Shown here in pieces: positions 61,169-64,000 of a stretch of DNA of 64,000 nucleotides. The DNA lies in the NCBI GenBank assembly GCA_024640245.1, contig JAHEFH010000002.1, positions 263 to 64,262 of the forward strand, read 5' to 3'. The position numbers and the translations under genes are program-made. Each line of letters starts with the position of its first letter. Positions within the stretch are counted from its first letter, which is position 1. The notes under the pieces are model-generated. The model was not told the origin of the DNA and searched no databases. It worked only from the letters and a program-made list of their open reading frames with translations. This DNA is from Paracoccaceae bacterium. Lineage in GTDB: Bacteria > Pseudomonadota > Alphaproteobacteria > Rhodobacterales > Rhodobacteraceae.

Positions 61169-61276
61169 ATGATATGGCTCGTGCGGATCATGCTGTTTCT
61201 GGTGGTGCGGCTGGCCATCATGTTCTGGCCGGTCACGCTGATCGCGGGAGCCTATATCTATTTCGTGTATCTTTAA
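61169..61276 (+). CDS. Candidate 35-aa single-TM small protein
   Basis: Not in ORF track. MIWLVRIMLFLVVRLAIMFWPVTLIAGAYIYFVYL; ATG directly follows clpB TAG; ORF ends before the terminator hairpin. Confidence 0.5.
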   Translation: MIWLVRIMLFLVVRLAIMFWPVTLIAGAYIYFVYL

Positions 61277-61280
61277 GATT

Positions 61281-61348
61281 AAGGGCCGCCAAACGTCTGT
61301 TTGACGGCCCTTGAATTGGGGAGGGTAAAGAGGTTGCCCTCTTTACCC
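61281..61348. terminator. Two hairpins between the clpB transcript and the fasciclin gene
   Basis: AAGGGCCG-C-CAAAC-N4-GTTTG-A-CGGCCCTT (61281-61312) and GGGTAAAGAGG-TTGC-CCTCTTTACCC (61323-61348). Confidence 0.75.
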
Positions 61349-61368
61349 CATTCTGCCTACAATGGGGA

Positions 61369-61857
61369 TCACTTGGGCAGAATGACCGCGTCGATGACGT
61401 GGATCACGCCGTTCGATGCCTCGATATCGGCTGTCACGACATTAGCGCCATCGATCATTACGGAAGTTCCGGCCAAAGCATTTACGCTGGCCATGGATCC
61501 CTGAACCGTCGTCACTTCAAGTTTCTTGTTCATTACATCCGCGGCCATCACTTTGCCCGGGATCACGTGGTAGGTGAGGATCGAAATCAGCTGATCCTTG
61601 TTTTCCGGAAGCAGCAGCGATTCGACCGTGCCTTCAGGTAGGGCGGCAAACGCCTCGTCCGTCGGGGCGAAAACGGTGAACGGGCCTTCACCCTTCAGCG
61701 TGTCTGCCAGGCCTGCTGCCTGTACGGCCGCGACCAGCGTGTTGAAGCTTCCGGCTTTGACGGCGGTATCTACGATATCCATGCTATGACCACCGGCGAA
61801 TGCAGCGGGGGCAAGAGCGATGGCAGTGGCGGCGGCGATAAAGGTACGTCGGAACAT
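61369..61857 (-). CDS. Exported fasciclin (FAS1) domain protein
   Basis: Signal peptide; [33 protein letters not shown]; AGGAG SD before ATG 61857. Confidence 0.94.
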   Translation of the reverse strand: MFRRTFIAAATAIALAPAAFAGGHSMDIVDTAVKAGSFNTLVAAVQAAGLADTLKGEGPFTVFAPTDEAFAALPEGTVESLLLPENKDQLISILTYHVIPGKVMAADVMNKKLEVTTVQGSMASVNALAGTSVMIDGANVVTADIEASNGVIHVIDAVILPK

Positions 61858-61892
61858 TTTTGAACTCCTGGTTGGGTTAATGTACTCGGGAA

Positions 61893-61918
61893 TACGCCGC
61901 CGCCTTAAAAACGGATCA
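61893..61918 (-). promoter_or_regulatory. SigmaE-dependent promoter of the fasciclin gene
   Basis: Minus strand TGATCC-N16-CGTA, 35 nt upstream of the ATG. Confidence 0.85.
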
Positions 61919-62162
61919 GCACGAAAACCTTTCAATTCGCCTTGAAATCCATCCGCGATGCGCTAAGCCGGCGCTGCATGAAAAATCAAATCACAGAGTG
62001 TTGAAAATCCGACGGCATTTCCGGCCGGTCCGCCTGCTGCACTTGGGGTGCGGTTAACGAAATTATATCGATAACGCAGGATACGACCGCTGGATTAGTT
62101 TAAATTATTGGACTAGTGTTTAAAAAAAGAGACACATTGACGGCGAAAACGGGGATAGTGCG

Positions 62163-63662
62163 ATGTTCTATTTGGAAGTGGTGGCCAATACGCTGCAAAT
62201 TCTGTCCGTCGTGATAGTCCTTGCAATCGGATTGGTTTTCGTGACGGCGATCGTGATGTATGTCATCGACCGCAGCCAGACCGAGGACGCGGTGCGGCGC
62301 AACTATCCGGTGATCGGGCGCTTCCGCTACCTGTTCACTGAACTGGGCGAGTTTTTTCGCCAGTATTTCTTTGCCATGGACCGCGAAGAGATGCCGTTCA
62401 ACCGGGCCCAGCGGGACTGGATCGAACGGGCCTCGAAGGCGCAGAGCAACACGATCGCTTTCGGATCGACCCGCAACCTGCAACTGCCAGGCACGCCGAT
62501 CTTTGTGAATGCCGCCTTTCCGCCACTTGACGAGCAGGCGGCAAAGACAGAGCCGCTGGAAATCGGGCCGTACTGCCGGACACCCTATATAGCGCCGTCG
62601 ATATTCAATATTTCCGGCATGAGTTATGGCGCGCTGTCGAAGCCCGCGGTGATGGCTCTGTCCAAGGGCGCTGCCAAGGCCGGCATCTGGATGAACACGG
62701 GTGAGGGCGGTCTGTCGCCGCACCATCTGGTCGGCGGCTGCGATATCGTGTTCCAGATCGGCACCGCGAAATACGGTGTCCGCGATGCCGAGGGCAAACT
62801 GTCCGACGACAAGCTGCGCGAGGTGACGGCGATCCCGCAGGTGAAAATGTTCGAGTTGAAACTCGCGCAAGGCGCCAAGCCGGGCAAGGGTGGCATCCTG
62901 CCGGCGGCCAAGGTCGACGAGGAGGTAGCGCGCATTCGCGGCATTCCGGTCGGGCAGGCCAGCATCTCACCCAACAGACACACGGATATCTCGAATAATG
63001 AAGAGCTGATCGACGCCATCAACCACATACGCGAAGTCACCGGAAAGCCGGTCGGCTTCAAGACCGTTATGGGCGATTTCGACGCGCTTTCGGATTTCTT
63101 CGACAGGGTTCTGAAGCGCGGCATCGAATATGCGCCGGACTTCATTACCATCGACGGCGGCGACGGCGGAACCGGCGCAGCCCCCATGCCGCTTATGGAT
63201 TTGGTCGGGCTGCCGTTGCGGGAGGCGTTGCCGCGGGTGTCCGACATCCTGCATGAACGCAGCCTGCGCGAAAGGGTCCGGCTGATCGCGTCCGGCAAGA
63301 TGGTGAACCCGTCCGATGTGGCCTGGTGTCTCGCGCTGGGCGCGGACTTTGTCGTATCGGCGCGGGGGTTCATGTTTTCGCTGGGGTGCATTCAGGCGCT
63401 CAAGTGCAACAAGAACACCTGCCCGACAGGAATCACCACGCACGATCCGCGCTTCCAGAAAGGTCTGGTGCCGAAAGTAAAGGCCGACAAGGTGGCGAAC
63501 TATGCGCTAGGCGTCATCCACGAGGTGGAAACCATCGCCCACTCTGTGGGCGTGACCGAACCCCGTCTGATCCGTCGTCCCCATGTGAGGATTGTCCAGG
63601 CCAGCGGGCGTTCGATCTCGATGGATAAACTGCATCCCAGGCCCGAAGTCATGACCGACTGA
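62163..63662 (+). CDS. FMN-binding glutamate synthase family protein (stand-alone, N-terminal TM)
   Basis: SGMSYGALS, NTGEGG, ELKLAQGAKPGKGG, DGGDGGTGAAP, Cys cluster CIQALKCNKNTCPTG; no glutaminase domain. Confidence 0.88.
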   Translation: MFYLEVVANTLQILSVVIVLAIGLVFVTAIVMYVIDRSQTEDAVRRNYPVIGRFRYLFTELGEFFRQYFFAMDREEMPFNRAQRDWIERASKAQSNTIAFGSTRNLQLPGTPIFVNAAFPPLDEQAAKTEPLEIGPYCRTPYIAPSIFNISGMSYGALSKPAVMALSKGAAKAGIWMNTGEGGLSPHHLVGGCDIVFQIGTAKYGVRDAEGKLSDDKLREVTAIPQVKMFELKLAQGAKPGKGGILPAAKVDEEVARIRGIPVGQASISPNRHTDISNNEELIDAINHIREVTGKPVGFKTVMGDFDALSDFFDRVLKRGIEYAPDFITIDGGDGGTGAAPMPLMDLVGLPLREALPRVSDILHERSLRERVRLIASGKMVNPSDVAWCLALGADFVVSARGFMFSLGCIQALKCNKNTCPTGITTHDPRFQKGLVPKVKADKVANYALGVIHEVETIAHSVGVTEPRLIRRPHVRIVQASGRSISMDKLHPRPEVMTD

Positions 63663-63759
63663 AATTGAAAGAATTAAAACAAGCTTGTGAAGCGGCGTGT
63701 TTTGATTTGGTGGCGCCATTGAAATAAGTCATGTTCCAAGCAAAAGCTGGGAGCTGACA

Positions 63760-64000
63760 ATGTACCGTTTCAAGACTGACCTCAAAAATTCAGACGTCAC
63801 GCCAAAGCAGGACTTCCTGAACCGGCGCCAGATCATCGCCGGCGCCGCAGGCATGATAGCGGCGGGAGGTTTCGCGCAGACGGCTACGGCCAAGCCGCTG
63901 TCGGCCAGCAAGGGCCGGTTTTCGGCCGATCTGCCGGTGACGCCCAAAGAGGCGGCGACGACCTATAACAACTTCTATGAATTCGGCACGGGCAAGGACG
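63760..64000 (+). CDS. msrP: Periplasmic methionine sulfoxide reductase catalytic subunit MsrP (5' part; truncated by window end)
   Basis: Not in ORF track. MYRFKTDLKNSDVTPKQDFLNRRQII (Tat RR) ... TYNNFYEFGTGKD. Confidence 0.92.
   Translation, partial: MYRFKTDLKNSDVTPKQDFLNRRQIIAGAAGMIAAGGFAQTATAKPLSASKGRFSADLPVTPKEAATTYNNFYEFGTGKD

Noticed and set aside
1-64000. CRISPR arrays, IS/transposases, integrases, prophage, toxin-antitoxin or anti-phage systems
   Set aside because: No regularly spaced direct repeats, terminal inverted repeats with target duplications, or recognisable proteins of these classes were seen by eye. CidA/LrgA is holin-like but has no phage context.

Overview
High-GC alphaproteobacterial chromosome segment. 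Gene content and order point to Rhodobacterales (Rhodobacteraceae/Roseobacteraceae). It is densely coding and mostly core genome: tyrB-sseA-smpB-dapA, slt, a split mnmC, a cobalamin-riboswitch-led cbtB-cbtA-cobW-cobN-cobO cluster, smc, pnp-rpsO-truB-rbfA, dapB, rsmB, purH-lspA, an M16 peptidase pair, mutL-rmuC, chrR-rpoE, the divergent sigmaE-dependent ufaD/ufaO-type (furan fatty acid) operon, rpmJ, tRNA-Val(GAC), dinB, pyrF, clpB, a fasciclin gene and the start of msrP. I found no CRISPR array, transposase, integrase, prophage or recognisable defence system, and no clearly new multi-gene system. The best second-look signals are: (1) an unannotated 35-aa hydrophobic ORF starting on the base after the clpB stop; (2) GNAT, GFA, CidA/LrgB and DUF5665 genes translationally coupled into the B12-riboswitch operon; (3) a secreted pseudo-caspase with peptidoglycan-binding domains and three helical repeats; (4) three identically spaced TGATCC-N16-CGTA sigmaE promoters; (5) a sharply AT-rich, rare-codon patch inside cobN; (6) an FnrL-type box next to a VIT1 gene. 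All product calls come from motif recognition by eye, with no database searches. Several start codons were re-picked by hand relative to the ORF track.
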